This document shows positions 63,068-64,000 of a stretch of 64,000 bases of DNA, piece after piece (within the stretch, counting starts at the first letter, position 1; the number at the start of each line of letters is the position of its first letter). This stretch comes from Oscillospiraceae bacterium. GTDB taxonomy: Bacteria; Bacillota; Clostridia; UBA1381; UBA9506. The notes beneath the pieces are model-generated. The model did not search any database. It saw only the letters and a program-made list of their open reading frames with translations, and was not told the origin of the DNA. Made by a program: the position numbers and the translations under genes. The stretch lies in NCBI GenBank assembly GCA_015068865.1, contig SVJT01000001.1, positions 6,040-70,039 on the forward strand, written 5' to 3'.

Positions 63068-64000
63068 ATGAAACAACAATATAAGCTTTTTTTTGGATTG
63101 ACCGCTATGGCACTGGTGCCCTATTTACTGTACGGATTTCAATATTTTCCGATTTTAGATGATTATATCCAATATTGGGGGTATCCTGCCCGGGGGGACC
63201 TTATGTATGTCTATACCGTTATCGGCACCCTTGCCACAAGACCGATGGCATCCCTGTTAGACCCTCTCTTTTGGGGAAGATTCTGGTCTTGCCTTTCCAT
63301 CGCTCTTTTAGTCATTACGATATTGCACGTTTTATCCTTATTGCTGCTGCGCCGCACCTTAAACCGGTATCATATCTCTGTTAGCCCTTTGTTTAGCCTG
63401 CTTTATCTTCTGTTGCCTTTGGGCATGGAAGGAAGATTCTGGCTTTCGGCATCTACCCGTTTGGTGGTGGGCTTGTTTTTTGCAAGTCTTTCTCTCTATT
63501 TCCTCAGCCGTTTTACAGAAGAAAAAAAGAGCTTGCTCTCCTTTATTCTGTTTGCACTTTTTCAGTTAATCGCCTGTGGTTTTTATGAAGCAGTTGCTGT
63601 TTTTACCGGCGCTGCCGCTATTCTTTTAGCCATTATAAGCTATGCAAAAAAACGGGATAAGATTCTGTTTGCGGTACCTGTAACATCTTTTCTTTCCGTT
63701 GGCGCGCTCTTTGTTTATTATAAGCTCTGCACAGGCATCAGTTCATTAAGCAGCCGTGTCTCCGGCGGCGAATCCATCCCTCTATACCGCAATATTGGTG
63801 CCTTGTTCACACAACTTGGCGAAGTATTTGCCCTTACCTACCACCGTACCGTTTTAGGTTGTATAAACGGCGTGAAGGTTTTATTTTCCAATGGTCTTTG
63901 GGGGATCTTTGTGCTTTTCTCCATTCTTCTTGTTGCCTTTCTGTTCTCCCGAAGTAAATTTCACCATCATAAAAAAAGCGTTCCGGAAATCCTGATTTTT
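63068..64000 (+). CDS. Polytopic integral membrane protein (3' end beyond the window), function unknown
   Basis: Not in the ORF track because it is open to the window end. Manual translation from ATG 63068 gives MKQQYKLFFGLTAMALVPYLLYGFQYFPILDDYIQYWGY... with at least seven hydrophobic segments and no stop through 64000. The layout is reminiscent of large membrane glycosyltransferase or polymerase-like proteins, but I recognise no motif. Confidence 0.65.
   Translation, partial: MKQQYKLFFGLTAMALVPYLLYGFQYFPILDDYIQYWGYPARGDLMYVYTVIGTLATRPMASLLDPLFWGRFWSCLSIALLVITILHVLSLLLLRRTLNRYHISVSPLFSLLYLLLPLGMEGRFWLSASTRLVVGLFFASLSLYFLSRFTEEKKSLLSFILFALFQLIACGFYEAVAVFTGAAAILLAIISYAKKRDKILFAVPVTSFLSVGALFVYYKLCTGISSLSSRVSGGESIPLYRNIGALFTQLGEVFALTYHRTVLGCINGVKVLFSNGLWGIFVLFSILLVAFLFSRSKFHHHKKSVPEILIF

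Noticed and set aside
62849-63079. Full 76-aa ORF from the track
   Set aside because: Its 5' two-thirds run through a terminator hairpin and the divergent promoter region and lack an SD. Only the internal 26-codon ORF with AAAGGAGGG is plausible, and even that is a low-confidence call.
1-64000. Search for rRNA, tRNA, CRISPR arrays, transposases, integrases, phage genes or classic defence genes
   Set aside because: Intergenic space is small and fully accounted for by promoters, hairpins and the REP/MITE-like units. No cloverleaf-like or repeat-spacer structure was seen. No ORF carries recombinase, helicase, methylase or Cas-like motifs. The accessory locus therefore shows no evidence of being a mobile island within this window.

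Overview
Clostridia-like Firmicutes chromosome segment: AGGAGG-type ribosome-binding sites (SD), sigma-A TTGACA/TATAAT promoters, SLH cell-wall anchors, single-chain PurL. Nearly all genes are on the minus strand. All family calls come from reading motifs in the supplied translations; no database search was possible.

The right part (47.0-64.0 kb) is ordinary housekeeping. It holds an M23 peptidase, RluA-type pseudouridine synthase, cardiolipin synthase, HemW, LepA, purine nucleoside phosphorylase, PurL, a histidine phosphatase, an EamA transporter, a DD-carboxypeptidase and a partial membrane protein.

The left ~47 kb is one large accessory glycan-processing locus. In transcription order it contains:
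- a transmembrane one-component AraC regulator;
- two paralogous lipoprotein solute-binding proteins, each behind a near-identical promoter/operator;
- a 1144-aa secreted Ig-like/LamG-like protein bracketed by REP/MITE-like inverted repeats;
- two ABC permeases with no ATPase;
- a DegT-type aminotransferase;
- a translationally coupled amidohydrolase plus degenerate pseudo-amidohydrolase pair;
- a 1936-aa and a 909-aa SLH protein with no recognisable catalytic domain;
- three tandem heparinase II/III-like paralogues, two SLH-anchored and one free;
- a YgjV-like membrane protein;
- a cytoplasmic operon: two M55 D-aminopeptidase-like genes, GH2, DUF4091/GH123-like, Gfo/Idh/MocA, MgtC, HAD, two EEP phosphoesterases and a PHP phosphoesterase.

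This enzyme combination does not match any canonical uronate or glycosaminoglycan pathway I know, so it is the best candidate for an undescribed system. A second, smaller candidate is a 26-codon hydrophobic ORF opposed by an antisense promoter/terminator unit at 62.85-63.0 kb, which resembles a type I toxin-antitoxin module.

No rRNA, tRNA, CRISPR array, transposase or integrase was seen.
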